Counted from the first letter of the stretch, positions 38,701-50,727 are shown. The stretch: 64,000 nucleotides of DNA from Rebecca billardiae RCC1528 (GCA_965240325.2 OZ251234.1:2209568-2273567); one strand, 5' to 3'. Notes: generated from the sequence alone by a model not told the origin. Translations and numbers: made by a program.

Positions 38701-40946
38701 GCCGCGGCGGTCGGGTGCGCGCCGGACGGCCCCGCACTTGGCGGCACGACCTACTCGCCTCTGCGCGCGCCGCCCTCGCCGCGCACGGGCGACACGCCGC
38801 GCTCGGACGTGTCGGCGGGCTCGGAGGGCGCGAGCGTGGCGAGCGGCACGAGCCGCGGCGAGGCGGCCGCGCGCCTCGCCGCCTCCTTCGGCGCGGCCGC
38901 CGCCGCCGACGCCGACGCCGACTGCGCCGACGCGGCCGCCGAGGGCGTGCGCGGGCGCGGGGTGCGCGGGGTGGCGCGCAGCGGGGTGGCGCGCAGCAGC
39001 AGCAGCCCGTCCAGCCGTGCAGAGGCAGAGGCGGAGGCGGAGGCAGAGGCAGAGGCAGAGGCAGAGGCGCGCGCGGACTCGGAGGCGGACGGCGATGGCT
39101 CCTGGCTGCGCACGGGCGCGGGCGCGCTGCAGACGCACCTCGAGCAGCTCGCGACGCGCGAGCAGCGCCGCGGCTCGTGGTTCAAGCGGCCTCGGCTGCA
39201 CACCGAGGAGTTTGCAGACTCGCCGCGCACGCTGCCCGGCTCACCGGGCGGGCCGAGCGCGCCGCAGAGCGCGCGCTCGGCGCGCGCCGCCGAGGGCGGG
39301 GCGGAGGGCGCGCCGCAGGGCGCGCCGCGCGCGCGCGCGCCGCCGCCGGCGCGCGTGTGTGCCGAGCGCGTGGGCTCAGAGCGCGTGGGCTCACGCCGCG
39401 GCTCGGCCGACAGCACCGGCAGCGGCGGCGGCAGCGGCAAGCGCTCCTCCGGCGGGCGAGCGGCCGCGCCGCCGCCGCCGCCGCCGCCGGCGGCGGCCGC
39501 GCGGCCGTCGAGTCGCGAGGGCGGGCTGAAGCGGCCGGGCAGCCGCGAGGCGAACGTGAAGGTGGTCGAGGTGGCGCCCGCCGTGCGCGTGCCGAGCCGC
39601 GAGCGCGCCCGCCCGCCCGCCGGCTCAGAGCCGCGCGCGGCCAGCATCGAGGCCGTCACGCGCAGCGCGGGCGCCGCGGCCGCGAGCGCCTACCAGGACC
39701 CGCCGCCGCGCGCCAGGCCGCCGCCGCCGCCGCCGCCGCGCGCCGAGCCCGGCTCGGCGGGCGCGGAGGGCGGCGCGCCCATCACGCCCGCAGGGCCCGC
39801 GGCCGCCTCGTCGCGCGTCCTGCCCACGCCGACCGCGGGCGCGAGCGCGGCCGCGGGCGCCGCCGCGGCGGGCGCGCCCGCGGGCGCCGCCGCGGCGGGC
39901 GCGCCCGCGGGCGCGTGCCGCAAGGTGCGGATCTCGCTGCCGACCGGGCCCCCCGCGGGCGAGGGCGAGGGCGGCAGCGTGGCGTCGTCGCCCGCGACGC
40001 GCGGCGCGCGCGGCTCCCGCGCCTCGCGCCCCTCTCGGCCGTCCAACGCGCGCGCCGCCCGCCCGTCCAAGGCCGAGTCCGTCCTCTCCGAGATCGCAGA
40101 CTCGCAGCGGGAGCGCATCGCCTCGCTCGTGGGCAAGACGGAGCTGCGCGCGGTCGCGGCCAGGGTGCGCGGCGGCTCGGCGTACGTGATGACCTCGCGC
40201 GAGCTCTCCGAGATGTGGCGCTCGTTCAAGAAGTTCGACAAGGACGGCTCGGGCGAGCTGCAGGCGACCGAGCTGCGCGCGCTCATGCGCACGCTCGGCA
40301 TGCGGCTGTCCGAGGCCGAGGCGGAGGTGCTCGTCAAGGAGCTCGACGCAAACGACACGGGCGGCATCGAGTTCTCGGAGCTGGTCGCGTGGTACACCGA
40401 CCGGATGAACGTGCGCGCCCGCGCGCCGCGCGACCGCCGCCGCCGCCGCCGCCGCCGCCTGCCGCCGCGCCCACCGCCCACTGCTCAGCGCTGCCCCCCC
40501 TCCCCTGCGCTGCCCCCCTCCGGCGCCCCCCTCCCGCGCAGGCGTTCGAGGAGGCGGAGGCGGAGCGGCGCAAGAAGCGCTCGAGGCTGCGCGTGATCTG
40601 GGAGGACAAGATGAAGCTGCCGCGCCGCGCCAAGATCACCATCGCGTGGGCCACGTGCTGGTGCCTGTACATCGGCGCCGCGTACCTCTCGGTCGTGTTT
40701 GCCGTGATGTTTGGCGAGCACGTCTTCTCGGCGCTGCTGCAGGCGTGGGGCCTGGCGCTCACGCAGACGTTCGTGGTGGACGAGCCGTTCATCATCTGGC
40801 TGTACCTGCTCATCCCGACGATCCTCGACGCGCTCACGTCCAACGACCTCGCCGCCGAGCTGCTCGCCAACTTCATCGCCTCGGGCGTGGGGCAGGCGCT
40901 GGCCGGCTGCGTCAACGTCGTCAAGGCGATCGGCGGCGGCGGCTGA
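15763..40946 (+). CDS. Giant polycystin-1/PKDREJ-like surface receptor (~8,350 aa): extensin-like stalk, 17 beta-rich repeats, 5 IPT/TIG, REJ, EGF-like, GPS, ~5 TM, IQ-like, 2 EF-hands
   Basis: A 24.6-kb open frame, an intron at 40411-40541 (GTGCGC...CGCAG) and a last exon ending at 40946. GPS motif: CHYWD..WSTDGC..LYCACTHLTDF. EF loops: DKDGSGELQATE and DANDTGGIEFSE. The start could instead be the ATG at 15727 or 15979. Confidence 0.88.
16075..26796 (+). repeat. Coding Ser-Pro(3-6) extensin-like repeat array (~3,574 codons)
   Basis: AGC(CCG)n units continue for 10.7 kb in frame with no stop codon. Higher-order duplications are present, for example a 672-bp offset between 18643 and 19315. 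Confidence 0.97.
26800..31790 (+). repeat. 17 tandem ~97-aa coding repeats, including a near-identical DNA duplication (offset ~1,443 bp)
   Basis: The consensus is P..t.aV.GVaE.v.F.G.G...GD.a.W...C...YGG...aSFT...L.LCY.F.GEP..LY. Segment 28183-29027 matches 29626-30467 almost exactly. Confidence 0.92.
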
Positions 40947-41360
40947 GCCCAGGCGCCCAGCGCGCACCCTCGCGAGCCGCGTGCTGTGAGTGAACATGAT
41001 GGCTACGCCGCCCTGCTATATTTATTCGCGTCGCCGCGCGTCCGTCAGTGAGGCATCGGCGGGCGCTCGTGCCATCGCACGCTCGATGGCGCGGCAGGCA
41101 CTGCTCATGTGCTGGCTCTGGGCGCGGTTTCAATGCGCGCGCGTTGAGCCGCCACGCACGACTCTCATCGTCATCGTCCGACTACGAAGAGTGCCGCGCC
41201 GGCGCGGACGCGCAGCGGTAGTGACGCCGTGATGCGCGCGCAATATATGCTAGCTGACGATATATGCGTCGCGTAGCTAGTCGTATACGTCGTCATCGAT
41301 AACATCGTGACGCGACGATCGATGACGAGCGCGTTGCCGTACGCATGCAGCGTATATATA

Positions 41361-41416
41361 GGCTGCTACAGCTTGCTGACTCTGACGCCTGCCCGTTGCA
41401 TACCACGTCATCGTTA
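41361..41416 (+). mobile_element. Short copy of the 3' end of the retroelement at 8015-8676
   Basis: GCTACAGCTTGCTGACTCT..GACGCCTGCCCGTTGCATACCACGTC..GTTA matches 8625-8676 and lies between TA tracts. Confidence 0.7.
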
Positions 41417-41434
41417 ATATATATATATATATAT

Positions 41435-43547
41435 GTCTAGCCGTCCTCGCGAACGCCGACGCCAACTGCTGGCCGAAGGTGGGCACGCCGCCTGGCATGT
41501 CGATGCCGAGGCGGCTGCGTAGTGTGTTCCTACTCAGTGGGATTTACGTTAGGTGGGCCCACAGCCATTTAAAAATGAAAACACAATCTCTCTGGCTTTT
41601 TTGGACCGCAGCCGTGCTCTTTTTCTCGCGCTGAAGTCCCTTTTTCCAGGCCGCCAAACTCCCGGTCCGGGAAGCCGGTCGCTCGCGAAAACGATGACCG
41701 GGATCGACCTGTGCGCGTCGTGAGCGCGTTGTCCGCCGCGCTTGCCCGCCTACCATGCGAGGCACGCTGCGCCGCACGCCCGTGGCATACTGCGTAGCCC
41801 TCTGGAACGAGCCATGCGAACGGTTCATCCCTGGGTCATCTTCCCGGTCCGCCATCTCTCGCCGACAGTCGCGCGTTCAAACACCGGAACAGCTTTGAGG
41901 ATTGTAATGCGTGCACAACGCGAGCTTGGGACGCACTCGAATCAACTCGGACACTCTGGAGCGTTACTCGGACAGCATCTGCATGGTATCCTGGCAAGGC
42001 CCAGCTACTTCTGTGGCCCTGCGGAGACCCGCCTCGTGGGTCAGGTCCCCGGAAGTCTGTGCGGTGTGACCGAACGCTGTGGCTGTTCACATGATCGTGG
42101 GCACTTGGGGAAGGATCTGATGGTCAAACAGCGGTCAAAGTGGATGCGTGTGCCGTCTGTTACCTTCCCGGCCTCGACTCAACTCTCAGTGCCGACGCAC
42201 CTCAGGTGTTTGGAAGCTACGAGCCCCTTGGAGGGCCTCGAGCCACACGATTGCACGAGGTCGGGCTGCGCGTCAAGCCGGGTAGATCGCAGCTGATGCG
42301 CTTGTTGAGCCCTGTCGTGGCTCTACGCGTACCTCAAGAGCCCAGCTACTCCCCCCGCGCGGCCGCACAGCAGTCGCCCCGCCTCTGCTTGGTCATCCGC
42401 TGTGCGCCGTGCTCGCTGCGGACAGTACAGTTGATGCGTTCACCAGTGATTTGAGCCCTTCGTGAGCCTGCCCGAGCACGTTGGTGGCGCCGCCGACGCC
42501 GGTGCACGGTCAGCAGGCGTATCAGCTTACCTGCGAGCCATGTCTCGCCCTGCTGCCACGCAGGAAGCGGTGATGAGTGCACATCGCTACGCGCGCGCGC
42601 GCACCACTGCGAGCCAGCTCGGCGCTGCGACGAAGCGGCCGTTGCGCACAGTTAGGCAAAGGACGGTCCAGCTGAGGACAGCTCGGACACAGCTTGGTCG
42701 CAGTGTAGAGCAACGGTTAGGTCGGGGCATGAGAAAAGGCGTTCGATGCATAGCAGTGCCTGCCTTGAACGCCACAGATGAGCTCTCGACGAACCTTGTC
42801 CGCCGTGTTTACGCTGCGGGCTGCTGGATGGGCCCGGCGCCGCGTGCACCACTCCTGCTTGCCTTGACCACGGCGGGCGGGCTGGCGCCGCGACTCGGTG
42901 CGGCTCAATCTTTGCCCACGGCTCCTTAAGACTCATCCTTCGAGGGTAGAAGGGTTGGAAAAATTCTTAGATGTCACATGCACGCCGTACGGCTGCTACG
43001 AGAGCAGTCTGAAACAGTCTGAAATACTATGGCAGCCATGCTGATCAGCATGGCGGTGTATATGTAACGCACGGGTGTAACGGCCGTTATCCCGTATTCT
43101 CACAGTGCCCATATACGCCGTATATGTGACAATGGGTGTGCATGCTGCTGAAGACCTATGATCAGCTCATCAAAGTGCTATATCAAAGTGACGTCTGTCG
43201 ACCCTATATATCACGTTTAAGACGCCCGTTACATGGCCGTTACATTGGTCACAGGCCATTTCCAATAAGTAAATAGGACCACCGTTACTCCCTATATTTA
43301 CAGCATGTACCACTGGTTTTTTAACCAGGCAGGCCAGGGGCCATCTCCTGGGGCTGGAATCCAGCCCGAGACGAAAGTATACATCGCGCTACGAGCTCGC
43401 GTTCTGCGTCACTATAATCCCACAGTGGCCAACGTGGGCCCACCTATTTACGTGTCCGCTCCGATGCCTTGGCGAGCGGCAGCAGATGCGGTGGGCATGC
43501 CGCTCGCCGTCGAATCAGCGCAGTTATTGTACCAATAATAACCCCAC
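41435..43547 (+). mobile_element. Short (~210-bp) GTCTAGCC...hairpin-CCCAC element interrupted by a 1.9-kb TIR insertion
   Basis: It starts (AT)9-GTCTAGCC and ends GTTATTG-TAC-CAATAATAAC-CCCAC-ATATAT. Confidence 0.7.
41550..43446. mobile_element. Nested TIR element (TAGGTGGGCCCAC TIR, 7-8-bp TSD; hAT-like?)
   Basis: 13-bp TIRs lie at 41550-41562 and 43434-43446. TTTACGT is duplicated at 41543-41549 and 43447-43453. GC content is lower than in the genes, and no transposase was recognised. Confidence 0.8.
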
Positions 43548-43581
43548 ATATATGGCGCGGCGGCGCGCCATATCATCATCA

Positions 43582-43885
<304 letters not shown>

Positions 43886-44159
43886 CGCGCCACTGCTGCT
43901 GATGATGACGATGATGCTCGCTGATGACGACGACTGACGATGATGTATGCAGTGCCGATATGCTGATATGCCGCTGCGCGCACCTGCTCCCGGCATCGGG
44001 CCCATCAGGCGGACCGAGGCAGCCGCGGCGCGAGCTCCATCTGACAGCGCAGATGATACATACGTCGTACGATACCAGGATGGCCTGGACGATGCAAGTA
44101 GCAGCGTCGTCCTGCCGCCCGGCCCGTGCCGCCGCAGGCTATGCACGCTCGCGGTGCCG

Positions 44160-46544
44160 TCAGACGGAGAGGACGCCGTCCTCGTCGTAGTCGTACTCGT
44201 CCCACCGGCCGCCCCGCGCGCCCGCCGGCTCGCGCCAGTCCGCACCGTCGTCGTGCGTGGCGTACGCGCCGCCCGCGCCCGCGTGGCCCGCCGCGCGCCG
44301 GTACGGCGCGCCCTCGCTCAGCCGGCTCGGCCGCGGCATCGGCTGCGCGTCGCGCACCGGCACGGGCGGGCGCGGCGGCGGGGCGGCGTGGTCCAGCGCG
44401 GGCACGCGCGGCACGGGCAGCCGGGGCGGCGCGGTCGGCGGCGCGGCGGGCTCGCCACGCGGGCTGCCGCCGCCGCTGCCGCCACCACCGCCGCGCTCGC
44501 GCACCCAGTCGCGCAGCGTGCGGCGCGGCGCCGTGTGCGAGCGCGCGCGGCGCAGCCCGCCGCCGCCGGGCTCGGCGGCGGCGGCGGCGGCGGCTCGGGG
44601 CGAGGCGGCGCCGTCCGCGGCGGCGGCCGCGCGCGCCTTGGCGACGGTCGCCGCCGCGGTCCGCGCGAGCTGATTGAGCGCGTTGCGCTGCGGCCCGTGC
44701 TGCTGCTGCGCCGGCGGCTGCGTCGGCCGCGCGCCCGCCGCGCCGCCGCCGTGCACCGCGGCCACGGCCGCTGCCATCGCGCCCGCGTGCGTGTGCAGCC
44801 CATCGCTGCTGCCGTCCGGCCTCAGCGAGCCCTTGCGCGAGGCGTTGCGCGAGCCGCGGCGCGGCGGCGGCGCGCCGCCCGAGCGCCGCCCGTCCGCGCC
44901 GCCGCCGTCGTGTGAGCCGCGCGCGGCCGCGCCGCGCGCGCGGCGCCGCCGCTCGGCGCCGCCGCCGTGCGCGCCGCCGTGCGCGCCGCCGTGCGGCTGC
45001 TGCGGCTGCTGCCGCCCCGGCCGGCGCGCCGCCCACGCGTGCGGCGCCGCGCCGCCGCCGCCGCCGCCGCCGCCGCCGTCGTCGCTGGCGCCGTCCCAGT
45101 CGTCGTGGTCGAGCGGCGCGACGGCGCCGTCGCCGCCCGACGCGGCCGACGCGGTCGAGCGGCGCGAGCGCTCCGTGGGCTCCTCCCCGCGCGGCGAGAA
45201 GGCGTCGGAGGTGGCGCTCGAGTCGGCGCGGCTGAGCCGGCCGTGGTACACGGCGCTCGGCCCGGCGGAGCTCGAGCGGCTCAGCTCGGAGCGGCTCGAG
45301 TTGAGCGGCGAGTGTATCGGCGACCAGCCCGCATGGCCGTCCGCATGGCCGTCCGCATGGCCGCCCGGCCGCCCGTCGCGTGAGCCGCGCACGTCCCACT
45401 GCGCGTCCCACTGTGAGTCCCGCTGTGCGTCCCGCTGCGCGTCCCACTGCGCGTCCGCGTCGGTGTGCCGCCGCCGGCCGCGCGCGCGCGCGCTGCCCAG
45501 CCAGCCCGCCGCGCCGCCCACCGACGCCGCGCGCTCCTCCGCCCAGCCCAGCTCGGCGCCGCCGCCGCCCCCGCCACCGTGCGGCGGCCGCTCCTTCTCC
45601 GCACCCAAGCGCTCGGCGCTGGGCGCGCGCAGGGCGAGTGCAAACTCGTTCAGGTCGACGTCGCCAGAGCCGTCGGCGTCGGCGAGCTCCCAGGCGGCGC
45701 GGAGCTGGCGCGCGGAGGGCGCGCCGCCCACGCCGCCCGCGCGCCCGCGCCGCGCCGCCTCCGCCGCGCTCGCCCACCCCAGCCCCGAGCCCCGCGCCAC
45801 GGCGACAAAGTCGCCCAGAGAGATGAGCCCGGCGCGCGAGCGGTCGTACCTCGAGAAGTCAGAGACGAGGGCGGCGACGCCGTCGGGGCCGAGGCCGCGG
45901 AGGGCGTGCAGGTCGTCGGAGGGCGGGACGCTGCCCATGCACTTCGCCACGTACGGCGCGTCCCCCCACTTCTCCGCGCACACCAGCCGGCGGTGGTACC
46001 GCTCGGACGGGTGGTGCGGCGTGCGCGCGCGCGAGCGGCGGTGCACGTACACGGGAGAGCCGTCGGGCGCGGCCTCCTCGGACCAGCCGTCGGGGAGCGG
46101 GTCGGTGAGCAGCTCGATCACGAGCGGGAGCAGCGGCCGGTCCGCCGGCAGCTCCGCGCCCAGCCGGCGCGCGTACGCCGCGAGCTGCGGCGCGGAGAGC
46201 GACTTGGCGCGCGCGGCGCGCGCCGACGACGCGGCGGGCGGGTGGCGCGCGAGCAGCGCGCGGTCGGCGACGGCGCGGGAGAGGTGCGGCGAGTCCTCGC
46301 CGGGGGGCGCGGCGGGCTCGCCCGCCGCCGCGCCCCGCCCCGGAGCCGACGCGCGCGGCGTGCCGAGGCCGAACGACCACTTGCGGCCGGCGCCGCCGAC
46401 GCCGCGGCCGGCGCCGTCCGCGCCCGTGGGCGAGCCGAGCGCGCCCGAGGACTCGGACGAGCTGATCGAGGGCGTGGGGGCGCCGCGCGGCTTGTGCGGC
46501 CCGGGCAGCACCGGCTCCGCCCCCGGAGGCCGGCGCCGCAGCAT
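44160..46544 (-). CDS. CEP164-N-terminal-like WW domain plus EF-hand protein
   Basis: [57 protein letters not shown] is a WW domain with flanking helices. EF-like loops are [12 protein letters not shown] and [12 protein letters not shown]. The ATG is at 46544. Confidence 0.72.
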   Translation of the reverse strand: MLRRRPPGAEPVLPGPHKPRGAPTPSISSSESSGALGSPTGADGAGRGVGGAGRKWSFGLGTPRASAPGRGAAAGEPAAPPGEDSPHLSRAVADRALLARHPPAASSARAARAKSLSAPQLAAYARRLGAELPADRPLLPLVIELLTDPLPDGWSEEAAPDGSPVYVHRRSRARTPHHPSERYHRRLVCAEKWGDAPYVAKCMGSVPPSDDLHALRGLGPDGVAALVSDFSRYDRSRAGLISLGDFVAVARGSGLGWASAAEAARRGRAGGVGGAPSARQLRAAWELADADGSGDVDLNEFALALRAPSAERLGAEKERPPHGGGGGGGAELGWAEERAASVGGAAGWLGSARARGRRRHTDADAQWDAQRDAQRDSQWDAQWDVRGSRDGRPGGHADGHADGHAGWSPIHSPLNSSRSELSRSSSAGPSAVYHGRLSRADSSATSDAFSPRGEEPTERSRRSTASAASGGDGAVAPLDHDDWDGASDDGGGGGGGGGAAPHAWAARRPGRQQPQQPHGGAHGGAHGGGAERRRRARGAAARGSHDGGGADGRRSGGAPPPRRGSRNASRKGSLRPDGSSDGLHTHAGAMAAAVAAVHGGGAAGARPTQPPAQQQHGPQRNALNQLARTAAATVAKARAAAAADGAASPRAAAAAAAEPGGGGLRRARSHTAPRRTLRDWVRERGGGGGSGGGSPRGEPAAPPTAPPRLPVPRVPALDHAAPPPRPPVPVRDAQPMPRPSRLSEGAPYRRAAGHAGAGGAYATHDDGADWREPAGARGGRWDEYDYDEDGVLSV

Positions 46545-47016
46545 GCAGGCGAGCGCGCGGGCCCGCTGTGCTGCTGCTGCTGTCGCGGGGGCGCTTGGCG
46601 CAAGAGCAGGCGCCCTGATGCTGCGCGTGCCAGCAGCCGGCTGATGGCTGCGGGAGGCTGTTGCTTGCTGCTTGCTCGCGGCTGCTCTTCTTCCGCTTCG
46701 GACGGCGATGCTGCGATGGGCAGCGCGGGGAACCAATCAGGCTGCGAAAGGTGCCAGAATTTGGGGCATCTGGACCAAAATCGTGGATAGGGGCTCGATT
46801 AACCACATATGCGATGCCAACCGACGCGATGCAAAACCACCGCGTCTATCTGCCCCAATCTCGCGATTCGCGGCCGAATGGGCTGAAACGGCCATCTGCT
46901 CGGGCGAGATCGCCCTCCCCCTCGGCGCGTCCGGGCGGCGCCGCGGTTGACCAACGTGCGGTCCCGGACGCCGGCCACTCGCCTGGGCGCGCGCTCGACC
47001 GTCGACGGCCGGCGCT

Positions 47017-49193
47017 ATGGAGCTCGACGAGCAGCCGCCGAGCGGCGACCACCTGCTGCCGCAGGAGCGCGCGCCGGAGCACGGCGGCCGGCACGGCGGC
47101 GCGCGTGTGGGGCCACTCTGCGCGCCACTGCCGCTCCACCTCGGCCCCGCACCCGCCCGCGCCGGCCCGCGCGCCCAAGCGCACGGCCTGTCCGCAGCGC
47201 ACGAGGAGGAGGAGGAGGAGGAGGGGGAGGAGGGCGAGGAGGAGGAGGACGAGGATGAGGAGGGCGAGGAGGAGGAGGAGGAGGAGGAGGGAGACGAGGG
47301 GTACGCCGACGATGGCGCCGACGAGGACGACGAGGGCGAGGAGGAGGAGGAGGAGGAGGAGGAGGGGGGGGAGGAGGAGGAGGGTGGCGAGTTGGAGCTG
47401 CAGACACACACGCGCCCGCGCGCACACGCGCACGCACAGCACGCGGTGCACAGCGCGGCCGCAGCCGCCGGGCCGGCACGTGGCGAGGCCGCGCATGCGC
47501 ACGCCGCGGGCATGGGCCTGGCGTCCGCACTGTCGGCGCGGCTCGCGCCGCCGCCCGCCGCGCCCACGCCTTCAGGTCCCACGCCGAGTGGCGCGGGGCA
47601 GAGCGCGCACACCGTGCCGGCGCCGTCGAGCCTGCTGCGCGGCGGCGCGCCCGCTGCGGCGGCGGCGGCGCCCAGCGAGGCGTCCGACGGCACCCGCCCC
47701 GTCCCGCGCCAGCGCCCCAAGTCCCGCCGAGATCGCGATCTCGAGCGGCGCGTGTACGCGCGCGTGCGCGAGGCGCTTGGCTCTCTCTTCGACGACGAGC
47801 CCCAGAGTGCGCAGGAGGAGGCGGCGCGCTCCGAGCTGCGCGCGCGCGCGATCTCGCACGCGCTGTGCAAGGCGGACAAGCCGCGCGTGCTCGAGGTCAT
47901 CGCCAAGTCGCTCGCGCGCCGAGGGCGCGGCGGTGCGCGCGCGCGCGCGCGCGCCCCGCCACGCCCTCGGCCGTGCGCGCTGCCGGCGGTGCGCGCGCTC
48001 AGCGCCGGCAGACCGCCGCGCGCCGACCGCCGCGCGCGCAGGCCCGCAGGCGGGCCTGTCGAAGAAGGCGCGGCAAAAGTCGGCGGCGTACCTCGCGCCG
48101 CTGCTGCGCAACCGCTTCGGCGACTCCGTCCCCACGCTGCAGGACGGCATGCAGGCGGTGGTGGACGAGTGCCTGGGCGCGGGCGCGGCCAGCGTCAGCA
48201 TCGTCACCGCGCAGGGCAAGGCGGCAGCGGAGGAGCAGTGCACCAAGGGTGGGGGCGCCGCGCTGAGCTGAGCCGAGCTGGCCTGCGGCCGAGGGAGCCG
48301 CGCGGCCGCGCACGCGCCCCCCCCGCGCGCGCTCACGCCCCTTTGTGCGCGCCCCCCTTTCCCCCGCCCCCGCGGCAGCCCTGCTGCGGCACGCGTCCAT
48401 GTCAGTGGCCAAGTGGCGGCGCTGCCGCGCGGAGCTCAAGGGCGTCTTCCCGGCCGTGGGCGGGGTGGAGTTTGTGAAGCCGTGGGTGTACGTGGAGCGG
48501 GTGCGCAACCAGACGCCCGCGCTGCCGAGGCCGCCGCCGGCGATCACGCGCGTGGAGGACGGCAGCGGGCGGCGCGTGCCCACGGGCGGCAAGCGCGCCG
48601 CGGGCGCGGGCGGCGGCGCGCCGCGGCAGCGCCGGGAGACGCCCGCCGGCGTGGCGGCCGCGAGCGGCGGCGCGCCGCCGGCGCGGCGCGCGGCCGAGCG
48701 CGCCGCCGGCCGCGCCGCCGCGGCCGCGCGACCCGGCCTGGTCGCGGGCGGCGGGTCGGCGGCCGCGGCGGCGGCCGCGGCGGCCGCGGCGGCGGCGGTC
48801 AGCGGGCACGCGGGCGCTCAGCACGCGCGCGCCGCGGCGCTCGCCGCCGCGCGCGGCCTCACGCCGAGCGCGCCGCCCGGCTCGGCGGCCGCCCTGCCGC
48901 GCCACGCCGCAGCGGCCGCGGCGAGCGCGGCCGCGGGCGTCGTCGGGCTGTGGGGTGGCGCGCCGCCGGCCGCGCTGAGCGGCGCGTGGGGCGCGCCGAC
49001 CGCTTCGGCCGCCGGGCACGGCGGCTGGCCGCGCCTCGCGCCGCCACTGCCGCTGCCGCTGCCGCCGCCGCCGACGGGCGGCGCGCCGCCGCCCAGCCTC
49101 GGTCGCGCGGGCAGCGGCGGGGCGGGCAGCGGCAGCGGCTGGCCGCCGCATCAGCTGCGCGCGTCGGCGGCGGTGGACGAGGCCGCACCGTGA
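47017..49193 (+). CDS. Uncharacterised protein with a long acidic tract, probably 3 exons
   Basis: The ATG at 47017 is followed by a poly-E/D region at ~47200-47390. Globular-looking segments in three frames are separated by intron-like stretches at about 47935-48049 and 48249-48378. Confidence 0.6.
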
Positions 49194-49664
49194 TGATAGA
49201 CTGTCGACGAATCTGATATGCGCTGTCGATCGGACTCGGGCGGAAGCCGCCGCGTCGTGATTAATATGATATATGACGCGATATATGATCATATAGCAGT
49301 GGCGCGCCTGAGGGGCCCGGCGGCCCGGCGCGGGGCGGCGCGGCCTGGCCGCTGCCCGCTGGCGCGGCGGCTGCACATATGATGACGATGACGACGATCG
49401 ATCATCACGATGACGACGCGATGCGACGACTGATGTAAGACGACGAGTCGTAGTCGTCAGCGGTGACGATGACGCGCGACTGATGGCGATGTATATATAT
49501 ATATGATGCGACGAGCGCTGTCGCCGCGCTGTCATCAGAGTAGAGCTGTGTGCCGGGCGGGCGGCGTGCTGGTCAGCGCGCGATGAGTCATGCCTCACGG
49601 GAGCGAGTGCCGCCGCCCCTGCTGCCTGCGTATGGGCGGCCCGCCCTCGGATCGTCAGCACGCC

Positions 49665-50606
49665 TCAGCGGGCGGGCGCGCTGCTGCCGCGGGCGGCCGT
49701 TCCCCCGTTCCCGCCGTAGAAGTCGGCGAGGAACGCGACGCACGCGCGCCACGCGCTCGCCTGCGGCTCCTGCCCCGCGCGCACCTGCGCCATGGACGCC
49801 CAGAACGCATGGCCCGCGCGCGGGTAAACGCGCAGCGTGGCGGCCACGCCCGCGCGCGCGAGCGCCTCGCGGAAGGCGTCGAGGACGAACGGCGGGAACT
49901 GCGGGTCGCGCGCGCCGTACAGCGCGCACAGCGGCGCGCGCAGCCGGCGCAGCGCCGCCACGTCCGTGAGCGGGCTGCCGTACAGCACCACAGGCGCCGC
50001 GTCCGGCTGCTGCCCCGCGCAGTAGCGCAGCGCCTTGCCGCCGCCGTAGCAGAAGCCGAGCACCGCGACGCGCGAGTCGGCGGACGCGCCGCGCTGGGCT
50101 CGGGCGTACGCGACCGCGTCCGCCAGGTCGGCGTTCACCCGCTCCTGCGGCGTCGAGAGCGCGAGCCAGATCGCGCGCGGCACGAAGTCGGTCGCCACGC
50201 CGCGGAACGTGTCGGGCGCGAGCGCGATGCAGCCGAGCTCGTCCGACAGCGCGCGCGCCTTCTCGGCGATGGGCGCGTTGAGGCCGAAGAACTCGTGCAC
50301 GACGATCAGGATCGGCGTGGGCCCGCCGCCGACCGACGCGCCGGCCGGCGGCCTCGCCTCGAACGCGTGGATGACGCCGCCGTCCGCGCGCGGGATGCGA
50401 ACGTTGGCCACGTCCGACACGCGCGCAGAGCGCCAGAGCGGGCCGGCCGCGAGGTGGTGCGCGGCGCTGCGCAGGTCGCCGAGGAGCGCGCTCGCGCCGA
50501 GCCGCGCGGGGCGCAGCCCGGGCAGGCCGCCGACGGCGGGCGGCGCCGCCGCAGCAAGCAGCAGCAGAGAGGGCGGCAGCAGCAGCGGGCGACGAGCGGC
50601 CGCCAT
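49665..50606 (-). CDS. Dienelactone hydrolase family protein with an N-terminal targeting peptide
   Basis: Motifs VHEFFGLN, ALAPDTF, the nucleophile motif GFCYGG, YGARD and YPRAGHAF give a Cys-Asp-His triad. The N-terminus is hydrophobic. Confidence 0.92.
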   Translation of the reverse strand: MAAARRPLLLPPSLLLLAAAAPPAVGGLPGLRPARLGASALLGDLRSAAHHLAAGPLWRSARVSDVANVRIPRADGGVIHAFEARPPAGASVGGGPTPILIVVHEFFGLNAPIAEKARALSDELGCIALAPDTFRGVATDFVPRAIWLALSTPQERVNADLADAVAYARAQRGASADSRVAVLGFCYGGGKALRYCAGQQPDAAPVVLYGSPLTDVAALRRLRAPLCALYGARDPQFPPFVLDAFREALARAGVAATLRVYPRAGHAFWASMAQVRAGQEPQASAWRACVAFLADFYGGNGGTAARGSSAPAR

Positions 50607-50685
50607 CGTGGTGGATGTGCTGCCGCGGGACGTCCCGCGTCCGCGGCAACTCGGCGCAGCCGCAGGGCGGCAACTCTACTATTCT

Positions 50686-50727
50686 ATTGATGACGAATAG
50701 AGTTAGCTAACTCTATTCGTCATCAAT
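50686..50727. repeat. Perfect 42-bp palindrome
   Basis: ATTGATGACGAATAGAGTTAG|CTAACTCTATTCGTCATCAAT. Confidence 0.97.

Noticed and set aside
27967-40946. Long overlapping Arg/Ala-rich ORFs of 1,400-2,400 aa
   Set aside because: They are artefacts of extreme GC3 bias and have no motifs. Only the final 40542-40946 part of one of them is used, as the last exon.
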